A stretch of 63,608 bases of DNA, the filler included, from Octopus bimaculoides (lineage: Eukaryota): NCBI RefSeq assembly GCF_001194135.2. It is 5 parts of 4 records of this genome, joined end to end, with 100 filler letters (N's around TTAATTAATTAA, not from the genome) between each part and the next. Parts side by side here need not be neighbours in the genome. Positions count along the whole stretch, not along the records: positions 1 to 26,578 come from NC_068981.1; 4 more parts are not named here. One strand, given 5' to 3'. The notes beneath the pieces were generated by a model. It saw only the letters and a list, made by a program, of their open reading frames with translations. It was not told the DNA's origin and did no database searches. Both the position numbers and the translations under genes were made by a program. Shown piece by piece: positions 1 through 12,550 of the stretch (its first letter is position 1; each line of letters opens with the position of its first letter).

Positions 1-170
1 CCACGAACAAGTCTAGGCTACTCAATTGGCCTGGAGGCGGCGTCCAGTTGGATGGGCGGCGTCCCAGGTCCGAGAAGTAGTCCCGATTGTCGGGACGCTG
101 TGTTGACGTATGGAAGAACGCGCACAGTTTGATGCGGCGCAGGAACTGGCTGACATCAGTGCGAGTCCCG
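1..170 (-). mobile_element. Penelope-like element (PLE) reverse transcriptase, N-terminal fragment running off the window start
   Basis: Minus-strand translation GTRTDVSQFLRRIKLCAFF...PSNWTPPPGQLSSLDLFV matches the D..F.RR..L..FF...S.WTPP.G...LD.F motif typical of the region upstream of PLE RT; GC-rich island bounded by (AT)n. Confidence 0.6.
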
Positions 171-352
171 ATATATATATATATATATATGGCGAGAGAG
201 AGGGAGAGAGAGAGACAGAGGTTGATAGATGGATTGATAGATAGGTAGATAGGTAGATAGATAGACAGATAGGTATGCATGTATGTATGTATGTGGGTAG
301 ATAGGTAGGTAGGCAGGCAGGTAGGTAGGTAGGTAGGTAGGTAGGTAGGTAG
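171..352. repeat. Compound microsatellite (AT)n-(AG)n-(GATA)n-(GGTA)n
   Basis: Seen directly. Confidence 0.95.
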
Positions 353-813
353 TAATTTTCAGTATATTCTATATATGTATAAATTATGGGCGCAGTATAA
401 ATTCCTGCATACGTATTACGTATTTATATGTGTGTTAATTAGTGATTCTATGTTTGTATTTACGAAAGCATGTATGCATAAAAATACGTCAGCATGAATA
501 TGTATGTCTATATATGTAGTTAAAGTCTGTAGACTTCATTTCCAGGAAACATATTAAGTTTATGCAACTAATATTTGCACTAAATACATGAATTTATTAA
601 CACAAATCTTCATGTAAGGGATCAAGATATAGCTCTATTCATTGAATTTACGCATACTTTAATGTTGCTATAGAAAACGGATTATACTTTAGAGACCTTT
701 GTATTAATAAAATAACTATGTTCAGATTAACTTTTATTACTAAAATATATGTAAATTGTTCGTAAAAATACAAATATATCCATGTACTCATAGATTTAAT
801 ATTATATGTGCAT

Positions 814-947
814 CTATTGATGTCCTGTGGCTGGAATTACGTTGACATTTCTGAAATCACTAAGATCTTCAAACGACTGAAAGTACTCTCTAGGAAGCCA
901 CACGATCGATTCATAAATGCCGCTCAAAATCCCACTTAAAACTTGGT
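814..947 (-). CDS. Candidate terminal coding exon of an unidentified gene: (N)QVLSGILSGIYESIVWLPREYFQSFEDLSDFRNVNVIPATGHQ*
   Basis: Acceptor ttgctagcctgtag| at 948-950; 43 open codons to TAG at 814-816; AATAAA downstream on the minus strand. The opposite strand is also open here, so this is ambiguous. Confidence 0.3.
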
Positions 948-3803
948 CTACAGGCTAGCAAAATAAACAGACTCGTTGTAAAATGTAGTTTTTTGGCATT
1001 AGAGATGATAATGTTACAACGATGGTTAAAATCAATGCTGTTTAAAATAAAATAACGAGTAAACGAAAAACTGTTCATACCAAATATGAGGTAGGTTCCA
1101 GGAAGTAAGACCGTTGATATGTTGCTACATCAATGTTAAAAATTAGTGTATGGACTAACATAAACAAAATAATATCCGTGTTGCCCTCAATACATAATAT
1201 CATAGGATCCTTGTCCAAACGTGCAGCTTGATAGGCAATCATTGGACCTTACGTAGACCATCCACTTCCATATCAAACCTTAATCGGTGAATGTCTTCTA
1301 GAATGTCAGAGAGTGATAGATGCAAGCAAAAAAGAAGCAGAGCAATGAATCTCAATGAAACTGGACTTCATCCATAGACCGCGAAATGATCATAACAAAG
1401 TTAACCTCGGAGTACTTGGACTCAGAGCTCAGACAATGAATGCTGCAAATGATTCGGCTCAACACTTTAAAGGAGTTTAAAAAGAACAACGAGTAACATC
1501 GGAACATGATCAGAAATTGAATGTGAGCCAATCAAAACAATCGGTCCCAATTCTCAACTGGTACTTTATTTTAACGATCCTGAAAGTAGAAAATGGAAAT
1601 CTTATCTCGGCGTGATTTGAACTCAGAAAGCAAATATTTTATTCAAAGCTCTGTCGTTTTCATTATTTACCACCCTTTCATCACCCTAACCTATACTATA
1701 ATGAAGATAGTTACTTTCTAAATTTATTGTAATCATGAAACTTTTACAATTATAAACCAATTATTAATGACTAAACGGTATGGATATTTTTCATAAATTC
1801 CAGTTTTAATATATTTTTGGATCAAAATACATTTTTTATGTTTCTTTTATCATAGAGAATTTCCAGAACAAGCTTCATTCCCAAATCTTATTCAATATCA
1901 GTTTACTGTTGTTTAATTTAACGTTTATTTATCCTTTTGGAAACGTTGGCTTAATAATTACAACGCTGCATTTTATATAATTGTAAGTTTAATCCAGTAT
2001 CAATCAAATCATGTTGATTCCAGTATCGTCTCGCATTTACTGGGTGTTGCTAGAGACATGGAAAACTGAATAAAACTAGCCTTAATTTAATTCCGTTGGA
2101 CATACCTACACACGCACCCTAACCCCAACAACGATTTTATCGCCTCATAACTTTCAGGGAAGCGAATACTTTCAATAATGGTCTCTACAAATATCTCTGG
2201 AATAGTGCAGAGTTTGACTATNNNNNNNNNNGTTTCGGAGCGAAAAATGAATTGGGAGGGCAATATTTCACATATGTCGACTTTATTTTCCTCGTGCGTT
2301 TTTATAATTTCATTATAATTAACTCGAAAAAAAAAAAAATAATAATTTTGAGAACTATTCCCCTCTCTCCTACAAATCCTTTGAAATCTTTCTACAAAGG
2401 TCGGTACAAAGCTGTCACTAATTATTGAAATCGTATTTCTGTCGTTATATATCGTAATCTTAAATTCTCTCTTATCAAAAAAACTACAAAAGTGGTTGTA
2501 TAGTCTGCTGAAATAACAGAGATCACATGCATCTCAAAAGTAATTATTTCGACTTAAATGTAATTAAATCATCAAAACAATGAGTAAACAAATTCGGGGT
2601 CATGAAATATTCATTTTTCTTTCATTAATCGTAATTGAGACCATGTGAAAGTTATTTGGAGATCATTTCATTAAAAAATATATATATTTTTTTTTTGTTT
2701 TTTGAAAGCTGAAAGGAAATAAAATTTCGGCGCGTGAAATATCCGATCATCCTCTCCGAAAACGTTTTTCACCGCAAATATTAATATAATCGTAATCTGT
2801 AGACACTTTCATTTATTTTCACAGAGTCATAAGAAAACAAATTTTGTGGGCACCTTTCAGTGGTCATGCCCTTAAATGTACTGAGAGAATAAATACTAAT
2901 AAATAAATAAAGGATTCAAAGGAAATCTTTTATTTTTTGTGTTTTTTTTTATTATAGAGTATTTCAAGAATATGCTTCATTCCCTGATCATATCCAATTT
3001 CAGTTTACGTAACAAATCTGACAAATTTCAGAAACTGATAATCAAATATATAAATATCATTCAGCAACTTATAGAAAGCCATCCGGAGTTTTTTTTTTTT
3101 TCTACTAGAAATAATAAACTTTGAGCAATGATCTTTTCTTGTTTTCAATGAAATATGTATGTACGTGTCTGCAGCATTTCATTTTCAGTGTATGACGTAA
3201 CATAACAGTTACACGATGCAAGGTAAGGACGTCAAGAACATATTTTCTTTGCAACATCATTTACGGAAATATTTACTCTTCCCACCTAAAGACTATTAGG
3301 AAATGTGTTTATACATTTTGATATGGTTACCGTCAGTATTATATGAATTATGTACTTACATTCTCTTTTCAGCAATATACGTTATGTTATAATTTGCGAC
3401 AGCACATTGGTACATACTTTGCTTTAATGAAGATAGGCAGAGAGAAGTTTGTAACTATACTTGAGGTATAGAATTTTGTAAACTTCCCCACCCCAATAGT
3501 TCATAAATGTCTTCATTCTACTTTATTAGTTTTCTTTATATTTAAGTCAAAAAGGTTTGCACACTAGAGCATGTTTCCAACATGTGATCCAAGTCAACGA
3601 TGTCAGATACGTTATACAGTACTTTAGATAATATTGATTCATGGCCTTTTCTCTATTGATTTCTGTGCACATTATTTTTAAACATTTTCATTATATTACA
3701 TCTTAAAATCGTGATCATGTGAGTATATTCTTTTGTAAAAAAAAGTGCATATATAAATACATGTATCACACTATATGTAATATATATATATATAAATATA
3801 TTT

Positions 3804-4004
3804 TACGAAGGGGTGCTGACAATTTTCTGGCTTTAAGGATCTCGTGAACTCCCGAGTTTTTTTTACAGGGCATAGGAAACCTGACGGATCACTGCAATAA
3901 GTGGGTGAATCTGAGTGGTGAATACGTTGAATAAAATTATAATTAACTGATCCTCCAGTATTTTCTTTTACCGAAAGCCAAGAAATTTTCAGCACCCACT
4001 CATA
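3804..4004. mobile_element. Mariner-type MITE (~200 bp)
   Basis: ~31-bp terminal inverted repeats tacgaaggggtgctgacaattttctggcttt / aaagccaagaaattttcagcacccactcata including TA ends; a second copy lies at 45661-45872. Confidence 0.8.
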
Positions 4005-4969
4005 CATAGAGTGAAAAGAATTGAACCGAACTCATAGATGATTTTCCGGAGTATGACAATGTGTCATTTCTGCAAGAATATTGCTTTATTGACCGCTCAG
4101 AAATCGTTATACATAGTATCAGTTTAAAAGATTTAATTTTCCAATAGCTTAAGGAAAATATTGTCACGATATCAGTAGGTCTACCGTTATTGTTGTATTA
4201 AAATTAATAATATATTGTGTTAAAATTAATACATATATAGATTAAAATTTTAGTTTAAAATTCTCAAATTGAATGAATTTCTTTACACATCGTTAGTTGA
4301 AAATGGAAATAAAAGAAATATAAATCAATGAAGCATTCTTAATATGAAAATGAAAACGTGATGAGATTAAAATTAATTTGTTCACTATAGAAAACAAATA
4401 AGTTTGAACCGAGAAACAAATGAATTTAGTATTTGTATTTTCATTTCAAAAATATAAAGTTCCTCTATTTCTAGTTATAAAAAGGAGTCATTTATATTTT
4501 CTTTGGAATTTTTCAGTGTTAATTAAGTCAAGAATTATTACATTAGTCACTTCCTTCAAGCTAAATTGTTTCATATTTTTTTTAAGACGATAGTGTCTGT
4601 CTTACTTAGATATGCAGTTGTTAAGAGGATTTTTTTTTTGTTCCATTAGAAGTCAATTCCTCTTAATTATGTTAAAAGAATAGAGAATATTTCGTTTTGA
4701 ACGGAAGAAGAAAAAGATTGTTGAGGTAGATTTATCAAATCAGTCATAACATCTATACTTTAAAATGACATATATATGTATATAAGGCAGAGAAAATAAT
4801 ACATTGTACCATTTCTCTGAACCACTAAAATATCTGATAATCCCTTCCTAAGTATCTACCTCACTTTCTCTTATCACTACTCATCTGCGTAACCCACTTA
4901 ACATTTGGCCCAAACATTTCTTTTTCAGATCTACTACCCTCCATTTATGCCTTCATTACAAACACGTAC

Positions 4970-5110
4970 TTGCAAACATTAAACTAGCATGAATGAGCCC
5001 TTCCACGAAGCAGAAAGCATATGTCGGTGTATAGTGCGTGGGCGAGTGTGAAATGATGGCAGAGTCTCGTAGTCCGAGGATGACAGTTCTGCAATTTCTT
5101 GTGTAACAAC
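4970..5110 (-). CDS. Candidate internal phase-1/phase-1 exon: CYTRNCRTVILGLRDSAIISHSPTHYTPTYAFCFVEGLIHASLMFA
   Basis: Acceptor atttgtatag| (5111-5114), donor A|GTACGT (4964-4969), 141 nt open; phase-compatible with 814-947. Other frames are also nearly open, so a decayed LINE is an alternative. Confidence 0.3.
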
Positions 5111-5169
5111 CTATACAAATGATTTCTTTATAGTGATCAAGTGTACGTGCCCTTCATTAACTCACTCTC

Positions 5170-5360
5170 TCTATCAAGTTGACTTTGCCTGAATATGTGC
5201 ACGATGTACAGATGATCTCAGATGTTGAAATGATCTCAGAACAACAGGAAGTGTTTTGTTCAAGAATAAAATGCATCATTCGGCCCCTGAATTGAAACCA
5301 CGATCTTACGATCGTAACAGCAATATCCTAATCAATAGGCCTTGCGCCCTGAGGCGAGTG
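5170..5360 (-). mobile_element. Degenerate tRNA-derived SINE with CORE-like body
   Basis: Reverse complement has a tRNA-like head (...cgatcgtaagatcgtggtttcaatt...) then ttcttgaacaaaacacttc; related copy on + at 59745-59880. Confidence 0.55.
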
Positions 5361-5461
5361 CTTGTATCTGCGAGCTTACCCCTGGGAATATACATATATA
5401 TATATATATATATATATGCAATAAAAGTATATGTATAACCTTATTTTGATTTTTAATTTTG

Positions 5462-5660
5462 GTACATGGCCAGCGATTTTGGAGGAATGGATCAGTCGAT
5501 TAGATCGACCTCAATGTTCAACTGGTACTTATTTTATCGATCCCGAAATGATGAAAGTGAAAGCCAACCTCGCAGAATTTGAACACAAAATGTGAAGACG
5601 GACGAAATACCGCTAAGCATTTCTCCCGGTCTGCTAACGACTCTGCCAGTTCGCCGCCTT
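5462..5660 (-). mobile_element. tRNA-derived SINE (family A: ggcggcgaactggcag head, taagtaccag body)
   Basis: Reverse complement aaggcggcgaactggcagagtcgttagc...gataaaataagtaccagttg; further copies at ~1527-1635, 45145-45312, 60390-60510 and 61155-61300. Confidence 0.8.
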
Positions 5661-5706
5661 CACTTTGTCTATAACTTAATATTAGACATATATATGTGCA
5701 GACCCT

Positions 5707-5766
5707 GACGTTTATTACAATATAAAGACGTTTATTACGATATAAAGACGTTTATTACAATATAAA
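5707..5766. repeat. 20-bp tandem repeat, 3 copies (gacgtttattacaatataaa)
   Basis: Seen directly; one substitution in the middle copy. Confidence 0.95.
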
Positions 5767-6420
5767 GCACAAACTATCACAAAGTGAAATGATTATCATT
5801 CTACTATGGGCACAGCAACACTAGTAATGAATTTGCCAGCATGCCACATTGTGTGATATACTATACTATACTATAACTAATAATACTAAACAGCTAAAGC
5901 AATAATTAAAACGAAACACCTAAACTATGTAGCCATAAATCTCAAAGTGAATATACACTTGATATATAAAATGGAACGTAGAAAACTATTATCACACATA
6001 CAGGCACACACGTATAATGGATGTAAAAAAGAAATACTAATAAAGAATTGCATACTAAAACCCAACCGCTAGTTTTCTGTCCAAGGATTCATGGGAAAGG
6101 ACATTGAAAGCAATTGTAAATGTCACAGGATACTTCCAGAAAAGAAGAGATAGGAATTTTTTTTTAAATTGAAAATATTTTTAAAGTAACATTTGTAATA
6201 TAAAATAAAGAAAAAAGAAAAAGAAAAAAAGTAGGAGACCGAGCTAATCTCCCCGTATAAGAACTAAAGTGCTACAGCTGCTCTGCAATGATGTGAACGA
6301 CCCGACGTACACATAAAATATGTTTCGCAATTTATGTTACATAAAACAGAGTGACTATAATGGTGAATGACCATTTAAATAGCGCCTAACAGATTCTTGT
6401 TCTCTCTCTCTCTCTTCTCT

Positions 6421-6722
<302 letters not shown>

Positions 6723-7089
6723 AAGCAGGTAGAAAAGTAACATATGTATAAGGAAAATCAGACAAGGTAGAAAATGCTAAAAAATAATTTCATCATGAAG
6801 TATATTTTAGTACTTGGTTCCCGTCTTTTAGAGTCATTGAACTAAGAGTAAAATAAGAAAAACAATGAGAAATGTTTTATACATATTTTCATTGTCTTTA
6901 AATAGGTAAATATTTGTATAGTCTCTCTCTCTATTCCTTTGTGAATGCCGCGGAGGTGGGTAGTAGTAAATCTGCAGGAATAGTTTGGATACAGAGAATA
7001 GGTTGGATACAGAGCACAGATGAAACTACTACCAGAATCTAGAAGAATTCCAGCCACTACTGCTACGACCACAACAGGTCAATTTTAGG

Positions 7090-7827
7090 TCATTGGGCCG
7101 GTGGAATTCCAAGATATAGCGCCACAGATCATCACAGATCCTCATCCATGTTTAACAGTTGGAAGAAGGCAGTCTGGGTCATATGCTTCTTTCGGCTGTC
7201 TACACATGTATACTCGTCCGGTGGTCGGAATTAAGGTAAAGGATGATATGTCCGAGAAAATAACATTCTTCCACTGCTTTAGGGACCAATTCTGTAGGCT
7301 TTTGCTCCACTCTAAATGATTGCAACATTTGTTTTTGAAGTAGTGGTTTTCTGATTGCAGCCCTGCGCTGAAATCCGGCTTCGGACAGCCTTCAGCGTAT
7401 ACGTTTTGTGGAAGCTGGGTTCTCGAGGTGGTCATTAAGCTCTGCAGTAATTTTGGGAGTTGTACTTTTGTGATCCTTTCTAACAATTCGCGTAAGAGTC
7501 CGACGGTCCCTATCTGAAAGTTTTGGTTTTCTTTTGGAGTTTTGTTTCGACAAGGAGGTTTTACCTTCTTTCTCAAGGGCTGTCATTACTTTCGAGACAG
7601 TACTCCTTGATACACCAAACATTTCGGCTGTTTTCGTTACGCTACCGCTTGCCATACGAGCACCAACAATTTGACCTCTTTCAAAGCCCACTAGATCTGT
7701 ATTTTAATGCATTTAAATTACCTCTTTCTGGTGATATTTGAAAAGAAACAGCAATTTTAGAAAAACATATTAAGCCAGACTAATAATAAACGAAAAAACA
7801 TAAAAATAAACAAGCTTTTGACAATTA
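7090..7827 (-). mobile_element. Tc1-family transposon, 5' part with frameshifted, 3'-truncated transposase
   Basis: GFERGQIVGARMA..VTKTAEMFGVSRSTVSKV (paired-like HTH), then WKNVIFSD(I)SSF and LLPTVKHG, ending near GPM; the catalytic C-terminal part is missing. Confidence 0.9.
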
Positions 7828-8205
7828 TATAGATATTTCAAAATTATGATGCTAGGTGTTTCCATTATTTTCTCCAACATCTGTATATACGTATACATAT
7901 ATANNNNNNNNNNNNNNNNNNNNNNNNNNNNNNNNNNNNNNNNNNNNNNNNNNNNNNNNNNNNNNNNNNNNNNNNNNNNNNNNNNNNNNNNNNNNNNNNN
8001 NNNNNNNNNNNNNNNNNNNNNNNNNNNNNNNNNNNNNNNNNNNNNNNNNNNNNNNNNNNNNNNNNNNNNNNNNNNNNNNNNNNNNNNNNNNNNNNNNNNN
8101 NNNNNNNNNNNNNNNNNNNNNNNNNNNNNNNNNNNNNNNNNNNNNNNNNNNNNNNNNNNNNNNNNNNNNNNNNNNNNNNNNNNNNNNNNNNNNNNNNNNN
8201 NNNNN

Positions 8206-10870
8206 ATAACTTTTTCACAGCCTAATACCCCTATAATGTAATTCGATGAATAATTTATTTGAAAAAAGTAAGCCCCAACTTAAGAAATCGATCATCGCTT
8301 TTGACCCAAATCATGCAAATTTCTAGGGTTCTAGGGTTCATAACGCATGCTCATGGTTTTACCAAAATTGGTGTGCTGACTCACTGAAATCGCAGCCCTC
8401 TAGTTGAAGGAGTTTCGGAGTTATGGACTTTTTGAACTATAATCATTAGGTGGCACTAGATTCACACTTCAGTATTTCATCTGCCTAAATCCTTGTAAAA
8501 GCAAGAGAGATGTGGAATAAAAGTGTATTTATACATTTTTAAGATTACTGAATTGAAATTGCTCTATAAAAAGGTTCAAAACTAGGCTATTTTAAGACAG
8601 AGGCCATTATAATCATTCGATTACATACAAAATTAAAAACAATACATATTTTTAACTTTATAGGTTTAGTTCCAATTTTAAATAACTGTATAAGGGAAAG
8701 GCTGCTGAATATTAGCACATTTTGAAACACAACAAAGAATGACAATGTGTTGTTAGATAAAATAAATCGAAGCTGAAGTTTCTCCTTCTTTTTACAAGCA
8801 TCATAAAAATCCTGAAGGCCCTTGATTGCCCGTTCTGCACTCTGATTTGTTCTGAGAATTTCCTGTTCAAGGCTTTTTTTATGAACTTGCAGGCTACCCA
8901 TAACTTCTGATAATCATGTGCATAGAACATTTGGTCAGTAAACCAAAAATCTGCTCAGCTGTAAGAGCTGAATCGACAACCATTTAGAAGCGAAACTCTT
9001 TTCCCTGGTAGAAGAATACATGCCAAAAGAGCTAGTATTACTCGAGAATTCCATCTTGCATTACTTATGATGTGTATTTTTTGAAACTTCACAGTAGGAA
9101 ATTTGCCGGTTTCTTCAAAGAAACGAAAAACTCTGGTCAAATGAAATAAAAATGTCATATCATCTCGCCATTCTGCTGATTCAGGAATCTTTTCTTCACC
9201 CATCTTAACACTAGCCTGGAGTTTCTTGTAATTACTTAGAAGCTCTGGGATTAAGGTATATTCAATATTGGGAGCTGATGGTTTTTTGTTTTTTTTCTTG
9301 AAATTCGTTATCCATTACAAAACGTAGAACTCTATCAAGGATGTGATGCTGACAACCAATAAATCGCGGTTCTTTCCAATCCTTTTGAGCAATCAGTCTT
9401 TGCAACTGAATGACAATCTTTTCTCAGTGTTCACACGCATTGTATCAGCGACAATCATCTTTACGCTGTGTCATAAATTTTATTCATATAAAACTGTTGC
9501 TATTCCTTTCACAACAGTATCGGCTTTTCCGTTTGGTAATTGGAGTGCTTCTAACTTAGCTTCTCTCTGTTCATTCTTTAAAACTAGCGCTTGGTATTCT
9601 TGGTCATCAATACGTTTACCATCAAAATGCAATAACCAATTTTCTAAATGTAGTGTTTCCTTCATTTTCTGCTTTAGTTTAACATCTTTGATAATCCATC
9701 TGTAAATACCAGATTGGGAAGGAGTCTCGACATTGATTTCATCTTGGTTGTCGACAAACTGTTGCTGCTTTGTGGGTTGATAGCTTGAAAGGTATTACTA
9801 ACTTGGTTGCAGTTCCAGTTTTGATACACTTCCTTCTTGTTTGCGTGGATTCTTCATCTGATTTTTCGGACTCTTGATAGCCACTTCCACTCTTTGCTTC
9901 AGACGCTCACGTTAACGCTGGAGTTGATCTGGTTGAAGTTGGCATTAAGGTCACTTTTCTCTTCTTTTGGATTGATGGATTGTTTTTGAACTGGCTGCCT
10001 TTCCAGTTTCATACCCAACCTGTCCCTTGTTTTCAATTTTAAGATAATATAACCTTCTATGCTCACTGCACAATCATTCAACATTTTCCTTTGTGATATC
10101 AAAAATTCTTTTCAATGAATCGTACTTTTCTTGTTTTACACATTTATCGTAGATATTCAGCAATTTTTCTACAGTTGTTGGTACATTTTGAATTGATAAA
10201 TATGGGAAATTTAATTTTTGTTTGCCATAAAGAAGTTACTTCTTTCGAAATTGCCTTTGTTCTTTCTTTCCTTCCTTTCATGGTATCTCCAAGCAACAGG
10301 TAGGGACCGACAATTTGAATGCTCTTATAGAGGAACAAGTCTTCTTTTCCTATATGAGACTTGAAATTTCAGGAGATACATCGTCCAGATTTTTTGTTTC
10401 TTTGAGTGACACAAGCACTTCTCTTATGATACATTATTTTAGATACCCTAGTTGGATAAGCCGACTATTCTGAAAAAACAGTTAATACATTCAGAGTTTT
10501 TAGCGTCAGAGAAATAAAAAAGAGAGGAAGAAGAAGCTATTTCCTAAAGTAGTACCTAAATGGTAACAAATTAAAAACTCTAACTCCTAAACTACTTAAA
10601 GTGGAAAGCTAAAATTTGAGATATATTGCTTCTGCATAAAATTAAGTCAGCACACCAAGTTTGATAAAAACTTGGGTAGGCTTTATGAACCTCTCTAAAA
10701 TTGTGCATGATTTGGGTCAAATGTGGTGTTAGCTTTCTTCAGTTGGGAGGACGTTTCTTTTTAAAAACACTTAAAATAAAGGGTTTTTTTCTCTACTTAT
10801 ATGAAACCGTTCATCCATTTTTAATACAGGAAATTGTTTACTTCCAAAAAATCAAAAAGTCACGATCCTA
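8206..10870 (-). mobile_element. Degenerate hAT-related (hATm-like) DNA transposon with long subterminal inverted repeats
   Basis: Fragments HFDGK, IVADT..VNT, GCQHHILD (CxHH), SNARWNSR and NQSAERAIK. Inverted pair ttttgacccaaatcatgca...ggtgtgctgact (~8299-8381) vs agtcagcacacc...tgcatgatttgggtcaaa (~10645-10721). Right end reads TAGGATCG; left end is in the gap. Confidence 0.6.
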
Positions 10871-10900
10871 ACATATGTATATATATATATATACACGCAC

Positions 10901-11680
10901 ATTGGGTCATCCCATAAATAATGCGGGTTTTTCAATTGCATGAACTAAAAGTCGGGATAAACTACCTACATCAATTTGCTATACAAGTAGGTAGAAATTT
11001 AACCTTGTCATTATTTTTAATACAAGTTTTGAAGAGTGCAGTTCAATCTTAACAGTTATTCTTTCAAAACTCTAATGGAAGTGACATAGGAGCATATTCG
11101 GCATATTTTGCTTTATGAGTTCAATAAAGGCAACAAAGCAATGGAAAATGTGAGGAATATTAATGAAGTATATGGAGATCGGACAATATGCGTATGCCAG
11201 TATCAACGGTGGCTCCAGAAATTCTGAGCTGAAAACTATAGCCTAGAAGTCGAGCCTCGTCCTGGAAGATCTGTAGAGCTCGACGAGAACGTCCAGCAAA
11301 CCCTGGTGGAACAACATGTCATCGTAATTGTTGAGGATCTAGCAGAGAAGCTTGGATTTGGTAATTCAACCATTCATCGATAACCGCGTACCATCGGAAA
11401 AGTCAGCAAATTGGGTTCCAAGACGAAAGGTATTCTTCCATCAGGATAATGCTCGGCCACGTACAGCGAGGATAGCATTGCAAAGGCTGGTGCAGTTTGA
11501 GTAGGAAAGGATGCCCCACCCACCATATTTACCCATCTGATTACCATTTATTCCATAGTATTCAAAGTCATTGGATGGTAATAATATGACTTCTGTAGAC
11601 GAGGTTAGAACAGTATTAGAGGAGTATTTTCCCTCACGGACAACTGAATTTTGAAAGAGCAAAATAGAGGAATTTATCTG
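10901..11680 (+). mobile_element. Mariner element, internally deleted, with dead transposase
   Basis: TIR-like start attgggtcatcccataaataatgcgg; ATG at 11075 gives MEVT*EHIRHILLYEFNKGNKA; jumps from ...KVSKLG to FFHQDNARP and then PSDYHLF. Confidence 0.9.
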
Positions 11681-12394
11681 TAAAAATATGTGACACTTAT
11701 TCGGAAGCCATGATAAAACTCCGAGTTTCGGATGCCGGGGCGGAAACCCACGCAGCTATCTCTTCAGTTATCTGGCCATTGAAAATTTCTATGAAAATGA
11801 CCGTTAAACAAAGAGAAATTACTGTGTGATTGACTGTTATTACGACAAAAGAACTATTGACCGCTAAGTAAGGGGAGGGAGTAAAGGTAAGGGAGTGAAA
11901 AAGTCCATAGTATNNNNNNNNNNNNNNNNNNNNNNNNNNNNNNNNNNNNNNNNNNNNNNNNNNNNNNNNNNNNNNNNNNNNNNNNNNNNNNNNNNNNNNN
12001 NNNNNNNNNNNNNNNNNNNNNNNNNNNNNNNNNNNNNNNNNNNNNNNNNNNNNNNNNNNNNNNNNNNNNNNNNNNNNNNNNNNNNNNNNNNNNNNNNNNN
12101 NNNNNNNNNNNNNNNNNNNNNNNNNNNNNNNNNNNNNNNNNNNNNNNNNNNNNNNNNNNNNNNNNNNNNNNNNNNNNNNNNNNNNNNNNNNNNNNNNNNN
12201 NNNNNNNNNNNNNNNNNNNNNNNNNNNNNNNNNNNNNNNNNNNNNNNNNNNNNNNNNNNNNNNNNNNNNNNNNNNNNNNNNNNNNNNNNNNNNNNNNNNN
12301 NNNNNNNNNNNNNNNNTATATATATATATATGTATGTATGTGTGTGTGTGTATGTGTATGTATATATATTGCGTGTGTATTATATATATTGCGT

Positions 12395-12550
12395 GTGTTA
12401 GTCCCCCACCGTCGCTTGACAACCGATGTTGGCGCATTTACGTCCCCGTAGCTTAATTTTCCGTGAAAAGAGTACATTAAGATAAGTACTAGGCTTACAA
12501 AGAATTAATCCTTTGTTCTACTGAGCATGGCCACAGTTAAAGGACTGAAG
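12395..12550 (+). mobile_element. SINE family B, 3' half (gagcatggccacagt...aagcaagtaaaaga tail)
   Basis: Matches tails at 19795-19990 (-), 23392-23585 (+), 29603-29690 (+), 30280-30450 (-) and 62580-62635 (+). Confidence 0.8.

Noticed and set aside
5091-5108. CYTRNC resembles the oxytocin/vasopressin-family ring (cephalotocin CYFRNC)
   Set aside because: No P-x-G-K-R processing site and no Cys-rich neurophysin follows; likely coincidence
5707-5766. Short direct repeats as a possible CRISPR array
   Set aside because: Head-to-tail tandem copies with no spacers, in a eukaryotic context
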